From assembly GCF_006345805.1 (NCBI RefSeq), contig NC_043018.1:9114001-9178000 (forward strand): a stretch of 64,000 bases of DNA, in the 5' to 3' direction. This stretch comes from Octopus sinensis. Taxonomy: Eukaryota. Shown piece after piece: positions 42,925 through 55,340 of this stretch (the stretch's first letter is position 1; each line of letters begins with the position of its first letter). The notes under the pieces are model-generated. The model was given only the letters and a program-made list of their open reading frames with translations, ran no database searches and was not told where the DNA came from. The position numbers and the translations under genes are program-made.

Positions 42925-43260
42925 AAACGGCCACATTCATCCATCCATCGTTTTCACTTCCTGTTCCTGAGAGGGCTGTGAGGACAAAATACTCAGGTAC
43001 CTCTTCCATATCAGAAGCAATCAGTCGCAACATTTCAGCTAGATCACCAAGTGTGAATATCATCCAATTGTATCATTCTTGGTCTCCTGGTGGTTGGCTT
43101 GTCTTGAAGAATTCATCTTGTAATTCTTTGCTGTAACATTATAATCACATCCTTAATATGAGAGCTGGGATCTCTCAAAGGGGAGAAGTAGTGGCTTGAC
43201 CTGGAGAGACTCCCTGATCTCTTCAGCGATATGGACCCTGTTGAGTAATGTTACCCCAGA
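42925..43260 (-). mobile_element. LINE (RTE-like) 3' end with (GGAT)n tail
   Basis: GVTLLNRVHIAEEIRESLQVKPLLLPFERSQL..., ending in GATGGATGGATGAATG. Confidence 0.7.
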
Positions 43261-45259
43261 GATCCTTTAGAGCAGTGGTTCCCGAAGTAGGCAGTACTGC
43301 CCCCTAGGTGCAGTGGAAAGATTCAGGGGTTGGACATTGAAGAAAAGTGGGGTAATAAGGGATGGATATAATAGCAAACAAAATAATGGGTTAACTAGGT
43401 TACGTTTTACTTGTGAAATACTGTTGTTTTAAATTTGCTGCAGAAAATGGTCTGTGGTGGTGGTGGGTGGGGTGCAGGGGTGCAAAGAATGTGGCCTGGG
43501 TACCAAGGGCAAGGGGTAGCCCGAAAAAGTTTGAAAATCACTGCTTTAAAGGAGCTCCATTTACCCTTGCTCTAATAGACTTGTTGTTAAATAGCTACAC
43601 TTGTCTTCACTTAAATAAGCTTATTGTACAGAAACGTGGCTGAGTGCACCCATAGCACTTTGCTACAAAGGAAGACAGATACATTCATACAATGAATCAA
43701 AAAATATGTGAATTTTCTAAATATCTCAGTATTTTCTAACTTACTACAAAAACTCCCAGGTTATATGTGAAGGTGCATAGCTCAGTGGTTAGAGCATCAG
43801 GCTCGCAATTATGAGGTAGTGAGTTCAAATTCCGGACTGGACTATGTGTTGTGTTCTTGAGCAAGACACTTTATTTCATGTTGCTCCAATTCACTCAGCT
43901 GTAGAAATGAATTGTAACATCACTGGTGCCAAGCTGCATCGGCCCCTTTGCCTTTCCCTTGGATAACACTGGTGGCATGGAGAGAGGAAGCTGGTATGCA
44001 TGGTGTCTGCTGGCCTTCCATAAACAACCTTGCCCGGACTTGTGCATTGGAGGAAAACTTTTTAGGTGCAATCCCACGGTCATAACCAAAAAGGGTCTCA
44101 TCCCTTTATCATATGTGACACAAATGGTTTAAAATGTCTGATCTATACATTTGGTCTACGTGCTGGAAATAGCAGTCAAATTTCTCTCCAGTTTTGTCAT
44201 ACCACTTTAAACAGAAAAGTCAGAATTGGACAATTTAGATTTTGATATGCACACATGGAATGGTCATGACTGGAAGACCTTTTCATTGAAAGTTTGCTTA
44301 ATGATGACTGACTTTAAGTTAAAAAACAACAACAACTAATACCACAACATAAGGCTAACAATGCCTCGCAATCACTGCTTGCTTTTAAAGTGAAAATGAA
44401 GGAATAGTTTTTGTTAATATTTGATGATGATAAGGTAGTGAGGTGGCAGAATCGTTACTACGCCAGACAAAATGCTCAGCCACATTTCGTCCGTCTTTAC
44501 ATTCTGAGTTCAAATTCCACCGAGGTTGACTTTGCTTTTCATCCTTTCGGGGCCAATAAAATAAGTACCGGTTGAGCACTGGAGTTGATACAATTGACTC
44601 ACTCACCACCCTGAAATTGCTGGCCTTGTGCCAAAATTTGAAACCTATATTTGATAGTGATTTTTTTCAGATCCTTCACCATTTTGAATTACCATGAAAT
44701 TTTTTTTCAGAAAGTTTTCATTTGTATCACTTTATATCACATAGAACCAGGAATGGTCTTAGATGGGTTGATATGGAAACGGTTAACCAATTGCAAAAGG
44801 AAACTTCTGGCCCTTTTTCCACTGCTTTATCTTAAACCCTTTTGTTAACCATATTTCTGCCTTTGTTTCAACTAATTTTCAAAATTATGAAAAATTTAGT
44901 AAAATAAACTTAAGCTGGTGTTTAGAACATTATTTAATATACAATTTTGATGGGGGGTTCTAACATAGATCGCCCTAACCCTCTAACACTCAGATTAACT
45001 CCCTCAAATGTAACGCTTATTTACTCACATTGTTTTCATTTAATTGTACATTATCTTGTAGCTTCAAGATTTCAATGATGTGATTATTTTTAGAATGACA
45101 TTAGAGGCCAGTTTGAACATGGAATATATGGACTGAATGTAACTGGTTTAGATGCTAAAGGGTTAAAACAGGCAGTTCATATCACAGAACCAGGATGGTT
45201 CCAGGTGGGTTTCATATATCAAAAGGGTGAGCAACAACCCTTCTCCAATATTTAGATAT

Positions 45260-45422
45260 TTAACCCTTTAGTATTCAAAGGACTCAGTCAAATGTAATAA
45301 TTCTTTATTCACCTTCTTTTGAATTGATCATGCACCTTGGGCAAGTGCCTCCTACTATAGCCTCAGGCCAACCAAAGCCTTGTGAGTAGATTTGGTAGAC
45401 GGAAACTGAAAGAAGCCTGTCG

Positions 45423-45461
<39 letters not shown>

Positions 45462-45780
45462 TTGTGTGCCTGTCTTTGTATCTCCAACATCGCTTGACAA
45501 CTGATGCTGGTGTATTTACGTCCCCGTAACTTAGTGGTTTGGCAAAAAGACCGATAGAATAAGTACCAGGCTTACAAAGAATAAGTCCTGGGGACGATTT
45601 GCTTGACTAAAAAAGCGGTGCTCCAGCATGGCCGCAGTCAAATGACTGAAACAAGTAAAAGAATCTTGTAGCTTTGAGATTTTGATGATGTGATTGTTTA
45701 TTTTTAAAATGACATTGTGGGGTAAGTTTGAACATAAGACCATTAGAACATTTTGGCCAGTTTAAATGTTAAGGAGTTAA
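45260..45780. mobile_element. Second TTAA-bounded MITE interrupted by a family A SINE (45332-45663)
   Basis: TTAACCCTTTAG...AAGGAGTTAA termini; the SINE sits before TCTTGTAG, as in 41123-41731. Confidence 0.6.
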
Positions 45781-46682
45781 TATGAAAGACTCATAGGAAA
45801 ATCTTGCAACAATGGGGTCGCACAAATGACAAATAGAAAATTACCTTGTACTTCATATTTAAAAAAAAATTTTTATGCACCCTTTTCAAGCCTAGCCAGG
45901 CTTATGGGCCCGGTTTCTGTGGCGTATGTGTTCCCCCCAGCTGGACGAGACGTCAGTCTATCACAGTGTTACTCAAGAAACAGGAAGAAAGAGTGAGAGA
46001 AAGTTGGGGTGAAAGAGCACAACAGGGGTTGCCACAACCCCTCCACCGGAGCCTTGTGGAGCTTTAGGTGTTTTCACTCAATAAATATACACAATGCCCG
46101 GTCTGGGAATCGAAACTGCGATCCTCTGAACGTGAGTTCGCTGCCCTAACCACTGGGTTATTGCGCCTCCTGTACTTCATATTTAAGGGAAAATTTAAAT
46201 TCTACAAAATCATTTCAACCTTATTCTTTACAATATATCACCGCCAAACCTAAGAAATATAAAAAATTTAAGTTTAAAACAAAATTTCCCTCAGAACATG
46301 ACAAAGGCTTATGTTACTGACACAGAACTTTTACTCAGAATTTATTTAACTAACATTTGAATTTAATCAAATAATTTAATTTTATTGATGTCAGTTATTT
46401 CAACTTGCTTTTGTTAAACATTCATTTGCAATGCAGCTTGTGTACATGGACATGTTTGTGTATATAATTTGACCAAGTGTATATTTATAATGTGCATTTG
46501 TATATATTTTCAGTGAGTGTTATATATATGGTTATATATTACATGCTTGTGTATATAATATGTTGAATGTATGTACATATTTCTGTCTAATTTATTTTTT
46601 CACAGTGATATAAAATGTGCAATTCTAATTTATATTGTATGTATAATTTCATTGATTAATCAATGTATATATATATATATAA

Positions 46683-46721
<39 letters not shown>

Positions 46722-47149
46722 GAATGTTTATAACTACCATTTCAGTGTAATTGTATTTTTTTTTTTCCTTCGCTTTGATCTATTGATTATAAATAATAAT
46801 TATTAGATGACTCATGATTTGTATCAATCAATGGCTTGTGTTAATTGACTGTAAGCAATGTATACAGTGTTTAAAGTCTTTCTTTTGTTTCATTTGTAAT
46901 CGCTACATACTAACGATAATTACACTTGAGGTGCAATTGTAAAAGACATCCTGTTTAATTCATCTGTGTTTAAGATTTGCTGATGGCAATCAGTATTTTT
47001 TTTTTTGTCACTGATTTTTGTATTAAAGAAAACAACACAATAAAAATTATATAAAATTGTACAAAATTCAAATTTTGATGAATTAAAATTAATTGATATT
47101 TTATTAAGATCTCTTCATTGTCTTGCCTTGTTTATTTTATTTCATTTTA

Positions 47150-47370
47150 TTTTATTTTATTTATTTGCTGAGTCCGGAGGAAGGGGAACGGCCCATGGCC
47201 CTTGCAGGTCTTCTCAGACCAGTGAGATTGGATGCTGTTGAGGTTCCTATGAAACTGTTGTAAATGAAGACTTTCAGCGAAGACATTGGTGCAAAGGAGA
47301 TTCCAGTGGGATAATGTTCTGGGGATGAACGATTGGTAATAATGGTTAGTGTGAGGGAAAATGGAGGAGC
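47150..47370 (-). mobile_element. CR1/L2/Jockey-like LINE 3' end
   Basis: FPHTNHYYQSFIPRTLSHWNLL...LQQFHRNLN followed by an (AATAA)n tail. Confidence 0.7.
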
Positions 47371-47999
47371 TGGAAACACCAAAGATTATGGGAGCAACTA
47401 TAGGTGTTGGCAACAGGACAGCTCACTGGGAAGGCCATCATTGTACCACCATGGGCTCCAGCCAGGCAAATCAATGAAGCCATGAGGCAAAGCTACATAT
47501 CTGTAGCTTGTTGCCACCAGGTGAATCTATATATGATATGGCTTGTTGCCACATCATATGTTGACCAGAATTGGGCCTCTGGACCTCATGAGGTCCTGGA
47601 CAAACTAATACACTCAGTCCTATAGTATTTATTTATTGATAGCAAACAGATTATAATTGGGCTTCCAGGCTTGTGAGGCCCCTGGGCAACTGCTTAGGTT
47701 TCCATGTGTTAAGGCAGCACTTTCTCAGAGTAGCCATCCAACTGATTCCAGCACTGAGAAATGACCAATAAATGAAAGAGTTCCCTTATGTAGGGAATGT
47801 TGCTGATGCAGTGTTTTGGTCACTATTCTCTTCATTTAGTCTTCCAACTATACCAGACATTGAACCAGGGGAGACTTTATGTCACAGGGCAATAGGTCAG
47901 TGGTTAGAACATCAGAATCATTTGGTAATGTAGCAGCTTCAGGTTCAGTTCCTGTCCTAGCTCAGGAATATCACTTGAAGATGACTTTAACTTGAAAAA

Positions 48000-48330
48000 A
48001 AAGGTACTAGGTCTGTGGGAAGACCGTCCTTACGTTACAAGGATGTTTGCAAAAGGGACATGAAGGCCTGCAACATCAATATTAGCAATTGGGAAGCAGT
48101 TGCCAGCAACCGTGGAGATTGGCGACATACCGTAAAAGAAGGGAATAGAAAGGAGTGACAGAGAGAGAGAGGAGAAATGGAAAGACAAGAAAAGACGTCA
48201 ACAAGAAACTATGACATTACAACCAACCAGGCAAAGTCTTCGCTACATCTGCAGCACCTGCCAGATGGAGTGTTTGTCCAGGATAGGACTACACAGACAC
48301 AGCAGGAGATGTATTAGGACATGAAATGTA
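48000..48330 (+). mobile_element. RTE/BovB-like LINE 3' end
   Basis: GTRSVGRPSLRYKDVCKRDMKACNI...W...YICSTCQMECLSRIGLHRHSRRC. Confidence 0.8.
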
Positions 48331-48674
48331 AAAGCCGGACTAGATTATTTTATGCGCAACTCCATTGTCTCTTGAGACAAAAAGAATGCCAACCATCTTG
48401 AAAAAAACAACACGATAACAAAAAACGTTTTTAAATATTTATTATCTCATACCTGTTTTAATAAATTGTTTGTACATATTTTCACATATATTTTATTTAA
48501 TTTTCCACTTCAATATTGGGTTTTTTTGGTATTTAAAAGAAAAATTTTATACTTTTAAATATATTGGCTGAGACTGGCATAAATTTAGATAAATTAACTG
48601 AAAATGAGGTTAAGTTTTACCTAATTAATTTCTTGTAAAAAGAAAAAAATAATCCAACATATTGTTGCAAATTA

Positions 48675-48778
48675 TGGATGTATGCATGCATGCATCTAAG
48701 TATGTATGTATGTATGTATGCATATGTATGTATATATGTATGTATGTTTATATGTATGTATCTATGTATCTATGTATG

Positions 48779-48810
<32 letters not shown>

Positions 48811-49105
48811 CATGTATGTATGTATGTATGTACGTATGTATGTTTGTATGTATGCATGTATGTATGCATGTATGTATGTATGCATGTATATATGTATGTA
48901 TGTATGCATGTATGTATGAATGTATGTATGTATGTGTGCATGTATGTATGTATGTATGTGTGCATGTATATATGTATGTATATAAGATAGTATATGTATG
49001 TATGTATGTATGTTTGTGTGTATGTATGCATGCATGTATGTATGTATGTGTGCATGTATATATGTATGTATGTATGTATGTATGCCTGCATGCATGTATG
49101 TATAA
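48675..49105 (+). repeat. (TATG)n microsatellite
   Basis: Directly visible. Confidence 0.95.
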
Positions 49106-49328
49106 AGTCAACTCCCAATGATAAATATATACTACAACAACGGTACGCAATAGTATAGCATACTCCCGAAGTTTCTAGTACTCCCTTAGGTTGTATATAG
49201 TATACACCCAACAAATTATACACATTTATAGAATATTCACCCCACCACCATTTTTACTACAGAAACTCCTCCTTGCTTTTTGGCATTTCCACTCCCTGGT
49301 AGTGAAATTATTAAGAATGGTTTCTTAT

Positions 49329-49475
49329 TTAAATGTATAGATAAGGGTCACGGTCCCTTTTGGTTCTTCTTAGCTCCCCATACATGGTCCTCATCATTTT
49401 TTTGGTCAGCCTGTTTATGTCTTTCGCTGTTCTGGCAGCAACATCAATGGAAAGTGTGAAATCAGGATTCAAGAG
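49329..49475 (-). CDS. Candidate terminal (or internal) exon of an unrecognised gene
   Basis: Very strong acceptor (ttttttttttgtttttttgttttag). Only frame 0 is open: LLNPDFTLSIDVAARTAKDINRLTKKMMRTMYGELRRTKRDRDPYLYI*. It is in phase with the 50195-50260 exon. Confidence 0.45.
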   Translation of the reverse strand, partial: LLNPDFTLSIDVAARTAKDINRLTKKMMRTMYGELRRTKRDRDPYLYI

Positions 49476-50103
49476 CTAAAACAAAAAAACAAAAAAAAAA
49501 AATTGAAAAAATTGCAAGACAGGAGGTGCAGATGAGGGCAGCTGCATCGAACTCTCTCATGCACCAAATGGCAATTGCTAAAAAGCATTTGTGAAGTAAA
49601 ATCATGTAGCAACACCAAATGGCGGTGCCCCAGCATGGCCACAGCTCGTGAGCTGAAACTAGATAAAATAAAATTTAAAAAATAAAATAATCAAACAAAC
49701 ACATAATATATTATAGGTGCAGACTACAACTGCTTGACAACCGATGCTGGTGTGTTTACATCCCCATAACTTAGCAGTTGGCAAAAGAGACCGATAGAAT
49801 AAGTACTAGGCTTCCAAAGAATAAGTCCCGGGGTCGATTTGTTCGACTAAAACCCTTCAAGGCAGTACTCCAGCATGACCACAGTCAAATGACTGAAACA
49901 AGAATGTACACCCACAAATATACACACATATAAATGCAAACATACTCCTTTATATGTGTGTGTGTGTGTGTGTGTACAAATACATGTATTGGTCTGTATG
50001 TATATAGTTGTCTGTATGAATATTCACCCCTTTGTATCTCAGTATTTCTCTGTATCAATACTTATCTATACGGGTTATATGCAAACACACACACACACAC
50101 ACA

Positions 50104-50167
<64 letters not shown>

Positions 50168-50194
50168 TACAAACACACACACAAACACACATAC

Positions 50195-50260
50195 ATATAG
50201 GTCATCTTTAAAGTACTTAAGGTGAATTCTATCTGGATTCTTGTAATTTTGCACATGGCC
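50195..50260 (-). CDS. Candidate 66-nt internal exon of the same unrecognised gene
   Basis: Acceptor ttcactttcacttttctgatag; GHVQNYKNPDRIHLKYFKDDLY; GTATGT donor; phase 0/0. Confidence 0.45.
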
Positions 50261-50291
50261 CTATCAGAAAAGTGAAAGTGAACTATATATA

Positions 50292-50346
<55 letters not shown>

Positions 50347-51242
50347 GCTATAGAAAAACTGGTTTCAGCCTGTGGGTACGCGGGTGAGTGAGGCGGGGCT
50401 GAATATAAACAAAATCTGAAAACAGAGATTTTGTTTAATTTTGCGGAGGGCAAGAAAAGAAACAATGCCACGTGAGAAGAGTGTAAAAATAAAAATGCGG
50501 AGAAGCAGTAGAAAAGACTGTACACACATACTCACATACATACACACACACATTCATAATATATATATATATATATTGGTGCAGGAGTGGCTGTGTGGTA
50601 AGTAGCTTGTTTACCAACCACATGGTTCCAGGTTCACCTTGGGCAAGTGTCTCCTACTATAGCCTCAGGCCAACCAAAGCCTTGTGAGTGGATTTGGTAG
50701 ACGGAAACTGAAAAGAAGCCCGTCGTATATATGTATGTATATATCTATATATGTGTGTGTCTGTGTTTGTCCCCCTAGCATTGCTTCACAACCGATGCTG
50801 ATGTGTTTATGTCCCCGTCACTTAGCGGTTTGGCAAAAGAGACTGATAGAATAAGTACTGGGCTTACAAAGAATAAGTCGCGGGGTCAAGTTGCTCGATT
50901 AAAGGCGGTGCTCCAGCATGGCCGCAGTGAAATGACTGAAACATGTAAAAGAGTAAAAGAGTATATATCTTTTATGTTTTTTTTTTACTTTTTATTTTAC
51001 TTGCTACTGTCATTTGGATGTGGCCATGCTGGGGCACCTACTTGAAGAGTTGTAGTCGAACAAATTGACCCCAGGACGTTTTTTTTTTTAAACTTGCTGC
51101 TTAGTTATTCTAATGCTCTTTTGCCAAACCGCTAAGTTACAGGGTTATAAACACACCAACACTGGTAGTCAAGAGGCAGAATGTGGAGTGGGAGACAAAG
51201 AAAGACATAAGACACACACATAGATATATACATAGGCACATG

Positions 51243-51274
<32 letters not shown>

Positions 51275-51289
51275 CTATATATATATATA

Positions 51290-52035
51290 TAAGAGGTAGA
51301 CCAGGAAAACTGGGATGAGGTGGTGAAGCACGACCTTCGAACGTTAGGTCTCACCATGGAAATGACTAGAGACCGAGACCTATGGAAGTATGCTTGTGCG
51401 TGAGAAGAACCCGGCAAGACTAGTGAAGCCATAACCCATGGCCACTACCTGGGACGTAGTCAGTCCACCGTGCATACTTCCTGCTTGTGATACTTGTGAA
51501 GACCTGTTGAGGCAAGTGAAAGTCAAGTCAAATCGAATCAAATCAAATAGATGAACATCAATGGAATTTGTACCTTGTGGTACCAGTGCCGGTTGGCACA
51601 TAAGAAAACCATCCGAACGGGACCGTAGCCAGTGACCGCATCGACTGGCCCCATGCTGTGGGCACGTAAAACACCATCCGATCGTAGCCGTTCGCCAGCC
51701 TCGTCTGGCACCTGTGTCGGGTGGCACATAAAAACCACCATCCGAGCGTGGCCGTCTGCCAGCCTTGTCTGGCACCTGTGTCTGGTGGCACATAAAAACA
51801 CCATTCGAGCGTGACCGTCTCTGCCAGCCTCGTCTGGCACCTGTGTCGGTGGCACATAAAATCACCCACTACACTCTCGGAGTGGTTGGCGTTAGGAAGG
51901 GCATCAATCTGTAGAAACACTGCCAGATCTGACTGGCCTGGTGCAGCCTTCAGGCTTGCCAGACCCCAGTTGAACCGTCCAACCCATGCTAGCATGGAAA
52001 GGGGACGTTAAACGATGATGATGATGATGATGATA
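51290..52035 (+). mobile_element. RTE LINE 3' end: ORF tail plus 3' UTR with internal tandem repeats and (GAT)n tail
   Basis: RGRPGKTWDEVVKHDLRTLGLTMEMTRDRDLWKYA followed by the common repeat ending GACGTTAAACGATGATGATG. Confidence 0.8.
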
Positions 52036-52605
52036 TATACACAAAATAAGAAAATGGAGGAATAGATTTCTTTCAATCATCAACTACCAGATAATACCAA
52101 TTCATATAATTTATTAACTAATTATTTAGATTAAATAGGAACATCCAAATCCAACAGAATAAAACAATATACATCAATAAGTAAGATAATACCATAAGAA
52201 TAATACATATAAAATGGATCTTACAGCTGTTTCAGCTGTAGATAAGAGTATCTCATTATGTATAGTATATATACATTATATATATATATATATATCTATA
52301 TATAATGTGTTATATATATATATATATATTATATATATATATATTATATATATATATATATATTATATAGATATACATATATACGACAGTCTTCCTTCAG
52401 TTTCTGTCTACCAAATCAACTCACAAGGCTTTGGTTGGCCCGAGGCTATATTAGAATACACTTGCCCAAGGTACCACGTAGTGGCACTGATCCAGGTACC
52501 ATGTGGTTTGTAAGCAAGCTACTTACCACACAGCCACTCCTAAGCCTATATATATATATTTTGGAAAAATTCAATCATCTTTAAGTGTGACTTACATTGA
52601 TGGAG

Positions 52606-52757
52606 CACCTACATTGCTAGAAATAGGAGTTAAAATACTTTTAATACTGTAAGAAGAGCTCATAGCGTATACAAACATACTGACATGTGTATATACTTTA
52701 TGCACGCTTCCTACAGAATTAAGAGTATTTTAACTCTTATTTCTAGCAATGTAGGTG
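52606..52757. repeat. Hairpin or MITE-like inverted repeat (~51-bp arms, ~50-bp spacer)
   Basis: CACCTACATTGCTAGAAATAGGAGTTAAAATACT... is mirrored by ...AGTATTTTAACTCTTATTTCTAGCAATGTAGGTG. Confidence 0.85.
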
Positions 52758-53722
52758 TCCTGCAATGGATTGCCACCCCATCCAGTGGGAATATATTCAC
52801 CACAAGACCTGGAAAACAGGATCTTTACTCTTTTTATCCGGGTATATATAATATGTAACTATGTATCTATGTATATGCGTTATTTGCATGTGTGTATGTA
52901 TGTATGTATGTATGTATGTATGTATGTATGTATGTATGTATGTATGTATTGTATGTATATATATATATATATATTTAGCAATAAGGACAAACTACTTAAT
53001 AAGGAAAACTTAACAAGAAATTGTCAGGTAGATAGCGTTAAAACCTCATAAGAGAAAAAATTTCGAAAAAATAATTATTTCTTATTGAACATATTAATTA
53101 TATATAGGAGGGCATATACATACATGCCAGGGGCATTCTACATACACGCCATACGCTAAGAGGGACAATCAGTCATTTCTACCAAAAATATTACTAATCC
53201 ACCGAATGCAATTTTTCAAAGAAAGACATTTAAAAAATATATAGACCTGTATCACAGTGATTTTCATACTTACGTAATCATCAGCAGGCCTGAATATACT
53301 ATAAATAAACAACGACCTGCTTCGCTTAAGCCGATCAGCTAACTGATCAACATCAACGAAGCACATGGGTGGGTTTATATATACTATATCCGGATGAATG
53401 GCAAACTTTACGAATTGCTTAGAGGCTTTTCGGAGTTGTTTAAGGAAAAAGTTTTATAAAATGTAGCATTAAGGACAATACTTATAGGAAAACTTAAAAG
53501 AAATTGTCAGGGAGATAGCGTAAAAACCTCATAAGAGAAAAATTTCGAAAATAATTATTTCTTATTGAACATATTAATTTATATATAGAGGGCATTATAA
53601 TACATGCCAGGAGGCATTCTAATACACGCCATACGCTAAGAGGGACATCAGTCATTTCTACCAAAAATATTACTAATCCCACCGAATGCATTTTTTCAAA
53701 GAAAAGACACTTAAAAAATATA

Positions 53723-53768
53723 GACCTGTATCACAGTGATTTCATACTTACGTAATCATCAGCAGGCC
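53723..53768 (-). ncRNA. Type I hammerhead ribozyme motif, consensus copy
   Basis: Reverse complement is GGCCTG CTGATGA TTACGTAAGTAT GAAA TCAC T GTGA TA CAGGTC. Confidence 0.8.
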
Positions 53769-54199
53769 TGAATATACTATAAATAAACAACGAGACCCTG
53801 CTCGCTTAAGCCGATCAGCTATGATCAACATCAACGAAGCACATGGGTGGGTTTATATATACTATATCCGGATGAATGGCAAACTTTTACGAATTGCATT
53901 TCGGGAGAGGAAAAGTTTTTTCGGAATAAAAATTTAGCAATTAAGGACAACTACTAATAAGGAAAACTTAACAAGAAATTGTCAGGTAGATAGCGTAAAA
54001 ACCTCATAAGAGAAAAAATTTCGAAAAAATAATTATTTCTATGAACATATTAATTTATATATAGAGGGCATTATACAGACATGCAGGAGGCATTCTACAT
54101 ACACGCCATACGCTAAGAGGGACAATCAGTCATATCTACCAAAAATATTACTAATCCCACCGATGCAATTTTTCAAAGAAAGACATTTAAAAATATATA

Positions 54200-54245
54200 G
54201 ACCTGTATCACAGTGATTTCATACTTACATAATCATCAGCAGGCC
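54200..54245 (-). ncRNA. Type I hammerhead ribozyme motif, stem II C-G changed to U.G wobble
   Basis: Same motif with TTATGTAAGTAT in stem II; core intact. Confidence 0.75.
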
Positions 54246-55294
54246 TGAATATACTATAAATAACAAACGACCTGCTTCGCTTAAGCCGATCAGCTAACTG
54301 ATCACATCAACGAAGCACATGGGTGGGTTTATATATACTATATCCGGATGAATGGCAAACTTTTACGAATTGCATTTCGGGAGAGGAAAAGTTTTTCGGA
54401 ATAAAATTTAGCAATTAAGGACAACTACTTAATAAGGAAAACTTAACAAGAAATTGTCAGGTAGATAGCGTAAAAACCTCATAAGAGAAAAATTTCGAAA
54501 ATAATTATTCTTATTGAACATATTAATTTATATATAGAGGGCATATACATACATGCCAGGAGGCATTCTACATACAATTTAGCAATTAAGGACAACTACT
54601 AATAAGGAAAACTTAACAAGAAATTGTCAGGTAGATAGCGTAAAAACCTCATAAGAGAAAAAAATTCGGAAAATAATTATTTCTTATTGAACAATTTAAT
54701 TTATATATAGAGGGCATTATACATACATGCCAGGAGGATTCTACATACACGCCATACGCTAAGAGGGACAATCAGTCATTTCTACCAAAATATTACTAAT
54801 CCACCCGAATGCAATTTTCAAAGAAAGACATTTAAAAATATATAGACCTGTATCACAGTGATTCATACTTACGTAATCATCAGCAGGCCTGAATATACTA
54901 TAAATAAAAACGACCCTGCTTCGCTTAAGCCGATCAGCTAACTGATCAACATCAACGAAGCACATGGGTGGGTTTATATATACTATATCGGGGAATGGCA
55001 AACTTTACGAATTGCATTCGGGAGAGGAAAAGTTTTTCGGAATTAAAATTTAGCAATTAAGGACAACTACTTAATAAGGAAAACTTAACAAGAAATTGTC
55101 AGGTAGATAGCGTAAAAACCTCATAAGAGAAAAATTCGAAAATAATTATTTCTTATTGAACTATTAATTTTATATATAGAGGGCATTATACATACATGCC
55201 AGGAGGCATTCTACATACATGTGCTTCGTTGATGTTGATCAGTTAGCTGATCGGCTTAAGCGAAGCAGGGTCGTTGTTTATTATAGTATATTCA

Positions 55295-55340
55295 GGCCTG
55301 CTGATGATTACGTAAGTATGAAATCACTGTGATACAGGTC
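55295..55340 (+). ncRNA. Type I hammerhead ribozyme motif, consensus copy; predicted AUA^C cleavage between 55334 and 55335
   Basis: GGCCTG CTGATGA TTACGTAAGTAT GAAA TCAC T GTGA TA CAGGTC. Variant copies at 53244-53290, 54845-54889, 55779-55829, 56290-56346, 56825-56872 and 57317-57360. Confidence 0.8.

Noticed and set aside
48662-49223. MYVC and HTYI repeat ORFs
   Set aside because: Translations of the (TATG)n microsatellite.
55180-55260. Inversion as a missed-adapter long-read palindrome
   Set aside because: The two halves are not mirror images (phase jump at the junction; partial units only on the left). Other kinds of misassembly are still possible.
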